Positions 11,147 through 21,815 of a stretch of 64,000 nucleotides of DNA are shown in pieces; position 1 is the stretch's first letter, and the number at the start of each line of letters is the position of its first letter. Under the pieces are notes generated by a model. The model searched no databases and was not told the origin of the DNA. It saw only the letters and a list, made by a program, of their open reading frames with translations. Position numbers and translations under genes: made by a program. This DNA is from an uncultured Hormoscilla sp. (GTDB lineage: Bacteria > Cyanobacteriota > Cyanobacteriia > Cyanobacteriales > Desertifilaceae), in assembly GCA_963921275.4 (NCBI GenBank), contig OZ001293.3, positions 3,264,001 to 3,328,000 of the forward strand, in the 5' to 3' direction.

Positions 11147-11291
11147 GGTATGCTATTAGAGTGGAATTGTTTGCTGGCATTGGCGGGTTGCGATCTAGCA
11201 TGGCATCTGCTAACATAGAATGGGCGAATGATATCAGTTAACTTGGCTGTCGAGTTTATGAAAGTAATTTTTGTCAAGGGGCGATCGTCTT
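11143..11291 (+). pseudogene. Start of the TOPRIM gene fused to a 5' fragment of the C5 methyltransferase
   Basis: GTGAGGTATGCTATT is followed directly by VELFAGIGG-coding DNA homologous to 16150-16291. Confidence 0.8.
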
Positions 11292-11293
11292 CA

Positions 11294-12454
11294 ATGAAAA
11301 ATCTGGAAAATTTAACTATCCATAGTTTCCGGGGGCTGCCAGAGATCTGCTTGGAGTCCTTGGGGCAAATAAACCTGTTTGTCGGAGTCAACAACTCCGG
11401 CAAAACCAGCGTGTTAGAGGCGATATCAACATACTGTCGCCCATTAGACCCGCTAGCATGGCTAAATACGGCATGGCGTCGAGAGATCAAGTCATCTCGC
11501 AAACCCCAGTTGGAAGCCCTCAAGTGGCTGTTTCCCCAGAATGGTACAGTCGGGGAGTTTTATCAGGGAGAAACCCATATCTCTGGGGATGGCAAATTTA
11601 CGGTGAGGGAGTCCCGATCGATCTATCAAGAGTTTGAAGAAATTTGGGCAGATCCCGATCGCAGCATTGGTCGGGCGTTCCCATCAGCGGGGAATTTAGC
11701 TTACGACATCGAGGAGGTAAATTTAGGTCCTGCTACTGTTGTGCGGGGTGCAGAAGTACAGTTGAAAGCTACAATAGAGAAAGAAGAAAAGTTGCCCGAT
11801 CTGGAAATATCGGAAAGCTTCGTAATATGGGAGAATAGGAGTTTCGTCAAGCGGCGCCAACCTGGGACTGGGGAAGGAAAATCAGAGATTATGCTGTCGG
11901 TTGATGCGGTGACACCATTTGCTCACGCGATCGAACAGTTACAAGTAGAATTGCTATCAGAAGCGACTTTAGCGGGATTCAAGCCAGAAGTCATCAAATT
12001 ACTCCAGGTAATGGATAAAGAAATCGATGACTTACAAATATTATCGCATCGCGGGGATAGTCCGAGGCTCTATGTTAGCCACAAACAGACAGGAATGGGG
12101 CCATTAAGTGCTTGCGGAGAGGGAGTTTGTCGTCTGCTGTCCATCGCCTTAACTTTGGCCAAAGTGCGAGGAGGAGTTCTACTGATTGATGATTTAGAAA
12201 CTGCGATTCATACTGAAGTGCTCAAACCCTCATTTTCCTGGCTGGTTCAATGGTGTCAGCAGATGGACGTGCAGCTATTTGCAACAACTCACAGCTTGGA
12301 AACCGTTGACGAACTCTTGAGTGCTTCTAAGATAGCACCAGATTTGGTGCTATATCGATTATATCCACGGGAGTCGCGGACTAAATGGCTGAGAATAGAT
12401 CGCGATCGACTGCAACGAGTGCGGCAAGATTTGGGTATGGAGGTGCGCTGGTGA
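11294..12454 (+). CDS. ABC-type (AAA_15/AAA_21-like) ATPase, unit 2
   Basis: Walker A GVNNSGKT, signature-like LSACGEG, Walker B LLIDDLE, H-loop ATTHS. 386 aa from ATG 11294. Confidence 0.88.
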   Translation: MKNLENLTIHSFRGLPEICLESLGQINLFVGVNNSGKTSVLEAISTYCRPLDPLAWLNTAWRREIKSSRKPQLEALKWLFPQNGTVGEFYQGETHISGDGKFTVRESRSIYQEFEEIWADPDRSIGRAFPSAGNLAYDIEEVNLGPATVVRGAEVQLKATIEKEEKLPDLEISESFVIWENRSFVKRRQPGTGEGKSEIMLSVDAVTPFAHAIEQLQVELLSEATLAGFKPEVIKLLQVMDKEIDDLQILSHRGDSPRLYVSHKQTGMGPLSACGEGVCRLLSIALTLAKVRGGVLLIDDLETAIHTEVLKPSFSWLVQWCQQMDVQLFATTHSLETVDELLSASKIAPDLVLYRLYPRESRTKWLRIDRDRLQRVRQDLGMEVRW

Positions 12455-13227
12455 GGTATGCTATCATTGGGGTTGAGGGACCGCAAGACCAAGCATTTGT
12501 TGGCAAGGTACTCAAGCAGCTACTGGGTTTCAAAGATTTTAGAAAGGAGTTGGGAGGATTAGAGGATAATTTGGACAAGTTCTGGCGCAAGTTTAAACCA
12601 AATTATCCCAAAGACGGAAATTTGTACAAGCGTCTGGATATGCCATCGATCCTGTATAATGATTCAGTTTCGGTGGCCATATATCCAGGAGAGGGGAGTA
12701 ACTTAGTGAATAGTTTGGATGAGTTTATCCGAAATAATCCTCCTTATCAAGAAGAACTGATGGCATTTGGGATTGTAGCAGATGCCGATCGGAAAGCGCC
12801 AGATGCGGTTGTGAAACCCTACTGTAATTGCTTTCGCAGCTATTTCCCTAATTTTCCTGACCTTGCTGGGGTGGTCGATACCAGCGTTCCTCGCACGGGA
12901 ATATACGTGTTCCCCGATAATGTTAACCCGGGAGTGTTGGATACTTTGCTATGTCTTTGTGGAGAAGTTGCTTATCCCGAGTACCTGGAAAGGGCCCAAG
13001 AGTATCTTGACAAGTTCTCGCCAGAGGAGAGAAAATCTCTGAAGTGGAAACCGTTCGATCGGGAAAAGGCCCTAGTTGCTACCGTGGTCAGCGTGCTGAA
13101 ACCGGGGAAAACCAATACCGTGAGTATAGCAGATAATAATTGGGTGAGTGGGCAAACGGAAACTGAGGTGACGGCGCTAGCTAATTTCAGAGATTTTTTG
13201 AGGGAACTTGTGAGTGTGGATGGATGA
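12451..13227 (+). CDS. TOPRIM-motif protein (DUF3226-like), unit 2
   Basis: GTGA overlap with the ATPase stop. Motifs IIGVEGPQD and GIVADAD. 258 aa. Confidence 0.75.
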   Translation: MRYAIIGVEGPQDQAFVGKVLKQLLGFKDFRKELGGLEDNLDKFWRKFKPNYPKDGNLYKRLDMPSILYNDSVSVAIYPGEGSNLVNSLDEFIRNNPPYQEELMAFGIVADADRKAPDAVVKPYCNCFRSYFPNFPDLAGVVDTSVPRTGIYVFPDNVNPGVLDTLLCLCGEVAYPEYLERAQEYLDKFSPEERKSLKWKPFDREKALVATVVSVLKPGKTNTVSIADNNWVSGQTETEVTALANFRDFLRELVSVDG

Positions 13228-13375
13228 AAAAGGATAAACTAAAAGCTGTGGAATTGTTTGCTGGTATTGGCGGGTTTCGCCTATGGCATCTGCTAACATA
13301 GAATGGGCGAATGATATCAGGACACTTTGCTGTCAAGTTGATGAAAGTAATTTTGGGAAAGGGGCGATCGTCTTA
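13224..13375 (+). pseudogene. 5' fragment of C5 methyltransferase (duplication junction)
   Basis: MKKDKLKAVELFAGIGGFRL copy of 16133-16291, ending at GGCGATCGTCTTA. Confidence 0.85.
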
Positions 13376-13376
13376 A

Positions 13377-15367
13377 ATGAAAAATCTGGAAAATTTAACT
13401 ATCCATAGTTTCCGGGGGCTGCCAGAGATCTGCTTGGAGTCCTTGGGGCAAATAAACCTGTTTGTGGGAGTCAACAACTCCGGCAAAACCAGCGTGTTAG
13501 AGGCGATATCAACTTACTGTCGTCCTTTGGATGGGGTCGAGCCGGGAATCGCTTCCCGACCCTCCCTTGAGGAACCGGACTTGCGATTTTCACCGCATCC
13601 GGCTACTGGGTACTAGGCCCTTTTCATAGGTAGACTTAATAGGAATTACTTCCGTTAGCCCTTGCCGCCTGTCTTTTCTTCCCTTTCCTGGTTTAGCGAG
13701 TGGTTGTTCTGATAACCGTTAGTATCACCATTTTCAAGTCAGTTTTACCAGTTATCCATACCTTATCCTCCACTTGCGTTTCGGATTAGTTCCGTGGCTT
13801 TTTAGGATTACTCATTCCAGCAGCTTCCTAGTATCACCGACCCACGTCAGCGCTGGCTACCCAGCATCATCTACATTACTGTAGATGTTATCCCAGGAAT
13901 TACCCCGGGCATTCGCTTCTTGGGCCATCCCTCCCCCCGTGGCTTGCGCTTAACATCTAACTTGTCCTGATGGACAGCACACGAGAGGTTACTTCGTTCC
14001 CTAACAACATTTCGCGATACCTTTAGGTCCACACTATACCCCGGGAGCTATTTGAGTACTATATTAGCCAGAGTCTAAAACTAATACTAGCTACCATTTC
14101 CTTTTTAGGCCAGCGCATATAGCCTTATTTCGCTGGTTCCTTATAACGAGGCTTGCACATGTTTGCCTGCTCTAACCTTGGATATCTTTCCTAGCGGCGT
14201 CACCGGCTTAGGCTGCCAGTTATCCTACATTTGAGTCCTCGCTTAGCACCACGATGATGTCGCTTCGTAGCACCGAGGACCGGTGTCACCCCCGTCCCCC
14301 GTACCTGGGGGGAGGGGAATTTAACCCCCATGCGGTCAGAGTTCCCGGCTAATGAAACCGGGCTAGCGTTCCGTGTTTGACCACGTTAGGCTAGAACGAA
14401 TCGCACAGACCCCCTAGGGTGGCTAAATACGGCATGGCGTCGAGAGATAAAGTCATCTCGCAAACCCCAGTTGGAAGCCCTCAAGTGGCTGTTTCCTCAG
14501 AATAGTACAGTCCCCGTCGGGGAGTTTTATCAGGGAGAAACCCATATCTCAGGGAATGGCAGATTTCCGGTGAGGAAGTCGAAAGCGATCTACCGAGAGT
14601 TTGAAGGAACAAAGCCATACCCTGATAAAATTGAGGATGACATTGAATACGAGGAAACGCAAACTGTTAGAGGTGCAGAATTAGAGCTAAACGTTGTCCA
14701 ACTCAGTTCAGATTATTTGCCATATAAGCATGAGGAATTATCGACAAATTTTCAAATTTGGGAAAATGAGCGTTTTGTTAATCGTGGCAGGCGCTCAAAA
14801 ATAGAGCTGCCAGTCGAGACAGTCACTCCAGTTTCTCACCGCATTGAGAAGTTACAAATGGAATCGTTATCAAAAGCGACTTTCCATGAGTTAAAGCAAG
14901 ATATCATCAAATTACTCCAAGTAATGGACGAGGGAATTATCGACTTAGATGTTCTATACGATACTGGAGGTACTCCGAGACTTTATCTCAAGCACAAACA
15001 GATAGGGCGATCGCCGTTAAGTGCTTTCGGTGATGGTGTCCGTTGTCTGCTGTACATCGCCTCAAGTTTGGTCAAAGTGCGAGGGGGAGTTCTGCTGATT
15101 GACGAACTAGAAACAGCCATTCATACTGAAGTGCTCAAACCCTCATTTTCGTGGCTAGTTCAATGGTGTCAGCAGATGGACGTGCAGCTATTTGCAACAA
15201 CTCACAGCTTAGAAACCGTTGACGAACTCTTGAGTGCTTCTAAGATAGCACCAGATTTGGTGCTATATCGATTATATCCACGGGAGTCGGAGACTAAATT
15301 GCTCAGAATAGATCGCGATCGACTGCAACGGCTGCGGCAAGATGTGGGTATGGAGGTGCGCTGGTGA
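13377..15367 (+). pseudogene. ABC-type ATPase, unit 3, interrupted by an antisense group II intron
   Basis: 13377-13528 joined to 14407-15367 gives an open 370-aa ATPase colinear with unit 2. The intron is on the opposite strand. Confidence 0.85.
13529..14406 (-). mobile_element. ORF-less group II intron A (878 nt)
   Basis: Minus strand starts GTGCGATTCG. Domain V AGCCGGATGCGGTGAAAATCGCAAGTCCGGTT; domain VI ends CTCGACCCCATCC. No RT ORF. Confidence 0.92.
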
Positions 15368-16143
15368 GGTATGCTATCATTGGGGTTGAGGGACCGCAAG
15401 ACCAAGCATTTGTTGGCAAGGTACTCAAGCAGCTACTGGGTTTCAAAGATTTTAGAAAGGAGTTGAGAGGATTAGAGGATAATTTGGACAAGTTCTGGCG
15501 CAAGTTTAAACCCAACTATCCCAAAGACGGAGATTTGTACAAGCGTCTAGACATGCCATCGATCCTGTATAATGATTCTGTTTCGGTGGCAATCTACGCA
15601 GGAGAGGGGAGTAACTTAGTGACTAATTTGGAGAGCATTATCTCCGCTCATACTCCCTATCAAAAAAAACTGATGGCATTTGGGATTGTAGCAGATGCCG
15701 ATCGCAAAGCGCCAGATGCGGTTGTGGAACCCTACTGTAATTGCTTTCGCAACTACTTTCCTAATTTTCCAGATCGGGCTGGGGCGATCGATACCAGCGT
15801 TCCTCGGACGGGAATTTACGTGTTCCCCGATAATGTTAAACCGGGAGTGTTGGAGACTTTGCTATGTCTTTGTGGGGAAGTTGCTTATCCCGATTACCTG
15901 GAAAGGGCCTAAGAGTATCTTGAGAAGTTATCGCCAGAGGAGAGAAAATCTCTGAAGTGGAAACCGTTCGATCGGGAAAAGGCTTTAGTTGCTACTGTGG
16001 TCAGCGTGTTGAAACCGGGGAAAACCAATACCGCGAGTATAGCAGATAATAATTGGGTGAGTGGGCAAACGGAAACTGAGGTGACGGCGCTAGCTAATTT
16101 CAGAGAGTTTTTGAGAGAACTTGTGAGTTTTGATGAAGGATAA
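15364..16143 (+). pseudogene. TOPRIM-motif protein (DUF3226-like), unit 3, single premature stop
   Basis: Colinear with 12451-13227 except CAA>TAA at 15910-15912. The frame continues to TAA at 16141-16143. Confidence 0.85.
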
Positions 16144-17284
16144 ACTAAAAGCTGTGGAATTGTTTGCTGGGATTGGCGGGTTTCGCCTGGGCATGGCAGC
16201 TGCTAACATAGAAACGGTATGGGCGAACGATCTCAGTACAGTTTGCTGTCGAGTTTATGAAAGTAATTTTGGTCAAGAGGCGATCGTCTTAGGGGATATT
16301 AGCAAAATCAATCCTGAAGAGATCCCCGAACACGACATTTTGACAGCGGGTTTTCCTTGCCAACCCTTCAGTCCGGCGGGTAAGAAACAAGGGGTGCGAG
16401 ATCTACGCGGAACGCTTTTCCAGCGCATTGTGGAAATTCTCCAGGTCAAACAACCGCAATATTTTTTGCTCGAAAATGTGAAAAGAATTCTGACAATGGA
16501 AAAGGGTCATCACTTCCGAGTAATTTTATCGGCATTGGTGGAGTTAAACTACGCGATCGAATGGCGGATCGTTAATCCGATAATATTGGGAATTCCCCAA
16601 AGTAGAGAAAGAGTTTTTATTATGGGAACGAAATGCGATCGGTTGAGTCCAATACCCGACTTAGAAAGATTATCAGTATTTTTGACCGATAATGATGGGG
16701 ATAGTTTAGGAAATTGGGAAAATGGTCTGTTGCCAATTAGGGAGGTAAGCAGTAAGAACTATAACTGGGGTATTGCTTACAATAATCAGATGTATACTCA
16801 GCAGTTACCACCATTGCCTGACATCAAACCCAGAAAGAAACTGAAGGATATTCTCCAATATGATTCCGAACTCGGTACCCAGTTTGATTTTACTGCGGAC
16901 ACGATCGATCGCATCAAGCAGAGTCAAGCAGTAAATCGCTATTGCAATGGGGTGGAAATATTATATAATCAGAAAGGAGGGGCGCGTTTGGGATATACTA
17001 TATTTGGGATTAACGGTGTGGCATCGACCTTAACGGCATCAACATCAAGGCATTACGAACGGTATCGGGTAGGCGATCGCTTTCGCCGGTTAACGCATGT
17101 CGAGTATGCCCGTTTAATGGGATTTCCTGATGACTGGTGCCGGGTGGCGAGAGTCTACGATCGATATGCCTTATTTGGGAATGCGGTAGTGCCAGCTTGT
17201 GTAGAGTGGATCTGCAAAAGAATTGGCCAGCAAAATTTTGAATTAAAGCATCCACAATGGCAACAACTGACTTTAGCAATTTAA
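16133..17284 (+). CDS. DNA (cytosine-5) methyltransferase of a type II R-M system
   Basis: Motifs LFAGIGG, AGFPCQPFS, LLENV, QSRERVF, RLMGFP and GNAVVP. Confidence 0.93.
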   Translation: MKDKLKAVELFAGIGGFRLGMAAANIETVWANDLSTVCCRVYESNFGQEAIVLGDISKINPEEIPEHDILTAGFPCQPFSPAGKKQGVRDLRGTLFQRIVEILQVKQPQYFLLENVKRILTMEKGHHFRVILSALVELNYAIEWRIVNPIILGIPQSRERVFIMGTKCDRLSPIPDLERLSVFLTDNDGDSLGNWENGLLPIREVSSKNYNWGIAYNNQMYTQQLPPLPDIKPRKKLKDILQYDSELGTQFDFTADTIDRIKQSQAVNRYCNGVEILYNQKGGARLGYTIFGINGVASTLTASTSRHYERYRVGDRFRRLTHVEYARLMGFPDDWCRVARVYDRYALFGNAVVPACVEWICKRIGQQNFELKHPQWQQLTLAI

Positions 17285-17302
17285 AATAGAGAGTCGCAGA
17301 AG

Positions 17303-18797
<1,495 letters not shown>

Positions 18798-18832
18798 CGC
18801 TATGGCGCAAAGGAGTTGCCAAAAATCCGCAG

Positions 18833-18929
18833 TCGATGTGCGACCTGTATCACTTGACAAGCATGCAGACGATATTATCTCATGCTTGTCAAGTGATACA
18901 GCCGGGCAGTACGAGTAGGACATCGAAGG
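18833..18929. repeat. ~100-bp palindromic dispersed element, copy 2 (inverted)
   Basis: Reverse complement of 339-446. Lies between the convergent REase and PIWI-RE genes. Confidence 0.85.
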
Positions 18930-19142
18930 CGATCTCATCTTTGAGTTTACCACTCAGTTGAGGCGGGTTTGACATCACCGATATAAACAAATAAAGTTGC
19001 ATGTTTACGGGAGAATATTTGACATAACGGGTAGTGGAGGGTGGGCACCGCCCACCCTACGTTCGATATAATCTTTCCCAACCCACAGCAGCTTCACGCA
19101 GGTGGGAGGGACCGCATAGTATTGTTCCGGTTGTAGAATCAA

Positions 19143-21815
19143 TTACTCATCCTCTATCTCCTCATTCTCCATTAACAAGACATACTCCTCAATTTGCTTT
19201 GCCAAGTGAAGAGGTAAGGGAAGTTTGAGTGCTTCGTCATATTGGAGTGCAATATGTCGCAGTTTATGTGTCAGCGCTGCCCAGGGAAATACCTCATCTC
19301 TAGGTTGAAGACAGGCAACAGTTATTTCAAATAAACCAGGATTCCAGTAATATTTATGAGGTGATTTATTCTCTCCTGCTTTCGATTGATTAGGGCTGAG
19401 ATCCCTAAACTTCTTCGACTTTTGGTAAGTGCTAGCAAACACTCGATCGCCCATTTGAAAAACGCCCTCGGCAAACCCCTGTTGATTCCGATCCGGTTTT
19501 TGGGCATACCACTCTGGTGTTTCGTTACTCTGACTATCGCGAAGGCGCAAGATCCGAAGTCCTTTCAGGCGATTAATGTTGAGTGACCTTCCGTTGTTGC
19601 CAAAAGCCACAGTTTCGGTTGATATCTGTCCGTTGTTCAGCCAGGACCAAGTGCTTCGCAGGTTCTGAGCATGGCAGAGCAAGAGAGTGTCTCCCAGTGG
19701 CAAAACGTCACCCTTCAGTTTCTGCTCGATGAAGGACATAGCTTGTCCTTTACGATCGACTCCTTCTCGGGCAATTTTCAGCAGCGCCTCTCGATAAGGC
19801 AGCCAACTATCAAAACCAGGCGCGATCGCCTTTATTTCCGTGGTGTCCGATGCCATGTAAACCATCACTGGCACTCGCTGAGTAGTGCCATCTGCACTGG
19901 TTGGCGCATTCTGTTTAATTAACCACAAACCAACGTAGTTGAGCCGTTCTGGCAATTTGAGCTGCTTAGTATTTTTCTTTCTATCTTCTGTAAGAACTAT
20001 CTTTGGAGGCCCGACCTGTACTCCCATCTGACGCAGAAGATCGAGGAATCCAGTGATGGAACTATGGGACAGATTGGGATTATCAACGCTCATAAATTGC
20101 GTTATGCGTCCGGCGATGGCAAATCCCCGCCTGAGAGCGTTGTAGGGATCGCGATCGCTCTTAAAATTCTCCTTGCCTGCGATTTCGATCAAGGCTACAG
20201 TTACAGATGATGCTTGGGGAACTTTTTCTGCTATTTCTTTACCGCGCTGAATAATTGCCTGTTGTCGTCTGTCCCTTCTATTTCCCATATCGGAGTTAAG
20301 TTGCAACTCATCACCAAGAGCACCCAATGGCTGCGCCTGTATATTCAGGGTAAATTCCAGGTCGGGAAATTTGTAGGGAAATGAGGCGGATGCTGGAATT
20401 CCCAGACAATGACTGACAGATTTTATCAAAGTATCGCGTGTTGTCTCCCGTTGATACCAGATTTCTATTGTTAGGCGGCGATCGCTGACTGCTTCACTTA
20501 TGCTGACTGCTTCACTTATAGCGCCGCTAAGGACAGATTGAGTTTGTTGCAGCGTCTCCATCTTGGCTTCTGCTAGTTCTTCACCATCTTTTGCAGGTCT
20601 CGGCAACTCTGGAGATTGCGGGATAGAAGCAACATGAAACTTAACCCTCTGAGGCATTTCTACGAATTCCCACTCTGGTGCTATCAGGTTTGCTATCTGT
20701 TCGGCAAGCAGGCGACGGTCTGCTGGTGAAAAACCGGCATCAACCCGATGATCGGGTTTTATGCCATTTCGGAAAACCACCGCTTCGTTAGGACTGCCAT
20801 TCAGGTTTAGTGCTGAGGTCGGATATGCCACGATCTCCTCGGGAGTAGGAAAGGGCTGTTGAAGGTTCAACCTGTCTAATAAGGGTACTAAATTGCTGCC
20901 CCAATTTAGGCGGTACTGCGACTTATTTTGTTGCTGTTCCGATGCTGACAAGCGCTTCCATCCGATCGGCGCTACTTGAAAACTGTTTGAATTGTGCAGT
21001 TCCTCAAGCCAAGGAACTTTAGTGAGTAGATAAACACTGGTTTCTTCGCCACCAGGAATACTACTTTTTGGCTGACTAACCCAGCGCCGCAGACTCAGGT
21101 CGCAGTGGAGTACCGGGAAACTTTGGAAAGGCACTGTCTGAAGAGTAAAAGTAATCACAACAGACCAGTACCAACTGCTACGCTTGTCAGCATAATCGAG
21201 TGGCGGCCAAGAGACCAGTTCAGCCCCCTTGCTGCCAATAGGCAGCGGTGCGCGTCGAAAGCGGAGAAGATCCGAACCAAATTCAATCGATATGTTGTCT
21301 TGACTCAACTTGGCTGCCAAAACGTGGGGCAGCAAGATAAAGTTATTATTGCCTCTCAGTTCTGCCGTGCCGTTAGCTGCTGTCGTCCAGGTCCCTACAT
21401 TCACTGTCGTTGCTTCCCACTGCAAATCCTCTTTTGGCAGCTTTTTCAGCAAAGCGGTAATTTGCTTCTCAGAAGCCTTCCCATCAAATTGCGTTCTTAC
21501 CCAAGCATTGAAAATTAAATACAGCGCCTGTATATTGATAGGCATTGCACTGTACAGCCAAGGTTGCACCTTACTTTTAGCGGCGTTAGGAGTAATGTAG
21601 ATCAGGTCTGGCACCAGTGCCCGGAGGGCTTTGTTCAGCGAACTTATCGGCACGTTAGTTTTATCTACGGGACGGCGCGTAATCTCTGCCTGTAAATTCC
21701 TTAGCTCTGATTTCCATTTTTCAGGAAACTTGAGAATCTGAAAAGTCTGCGGTTTCAGAGGTTTGCCCTCTGGCAGACGAAAGGAAAGAGTCCGTAATTG
21801 GTCATAGATCGGCAT
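19143..21815 (-). CDS. pPIWI-RE protein (X, MID and RNase H-like PIWI domains)
   Basis: 890 aa. Motifs AELVSWPP, TLQTVPF, LRRW, AQNLRSTW, LRILRLR...ETPEW and the terminal LPLPLHLA. Lies downstream of a helicase and a nuclease. Confidence 0.88.
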   Translation of the reverse strand: MPIYDQLRTLSFRLPEGKPLKPQTFQILKFPEKWKSELRNLQAEITRRPVDKTNVPISSLNKALRALVPDLIYITPNAAKSKVQPWLYSAMPINIQALYLIFNAWVRTQFDGKASEKQITALLKKLPKEDLQWEATTVNVGTWTTAANGTAELRGNNNFILLPHVLAAKLSQDNISIEFGSDLLRFRRAPLPIGSKGAELVSWPPLDYADKRSSWYWSVVITFTLQTVPFQSFPVLHCDLSLRRWVSQPKSSIPGGEETSVYLLTKVPWLEELHNSNSFQVAPIGWKRLSASEQQQNKSQYRLNWGSNLVPLLDRLNLQQPFPTPEEIVAYPTSALNLNGSPNEAVVFRNGIKPDHRVDAGFSPADRRLLAEQIANLIAPEWEFVEMPQRVKFHVASIPQSPELPRPAKDGEELAEAKMETLQQTQSVLSGAISEAVSISEAVSDRRLTIEIWYQRETTRDTLIKSVSHCLGIPASASFPYKFPDLEFTLNIQAQPLGALGDELQLNSDMGNRRDRRQQAIIQRGKEIAEKVPQASSVTVALIEIAGKENFKSDRDPYNALRRGFAIAGRITQFMSVDNPNLSHSSITGFLDLLRQMGVQVGPPKIVLTEDRKKNTKQLKLPERLNYVGLWLIKQNAPTSADGTTQRVPVMVYMASDTTEIKAIAPGFDSWLPYREALLKIAREGVDRKGQAMSFIEQKLKGDVLPLGDTLLLCHAQNLRSTWSWLNNGQISTETVAFGNNGRSLNINRLKGLRILRLRDSQSNETPEWYAQKPDRNQQGFAEGVFQMGDRVFASTYQKSKKFRDLSPNQSKAGENKSPHKYYWNPGLFEITVACLQPRDEVFPWAALTHKLRHIALQYDEALKLPLPLHLAKQIEEYVLLMENEEIEDE

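Noticed and set aside
18980..19030. Partner Tn7-like end (ACAAATAAAGTTG)
   Set aside because: Single weak site with no terminal TGT and no repeat periodicity.
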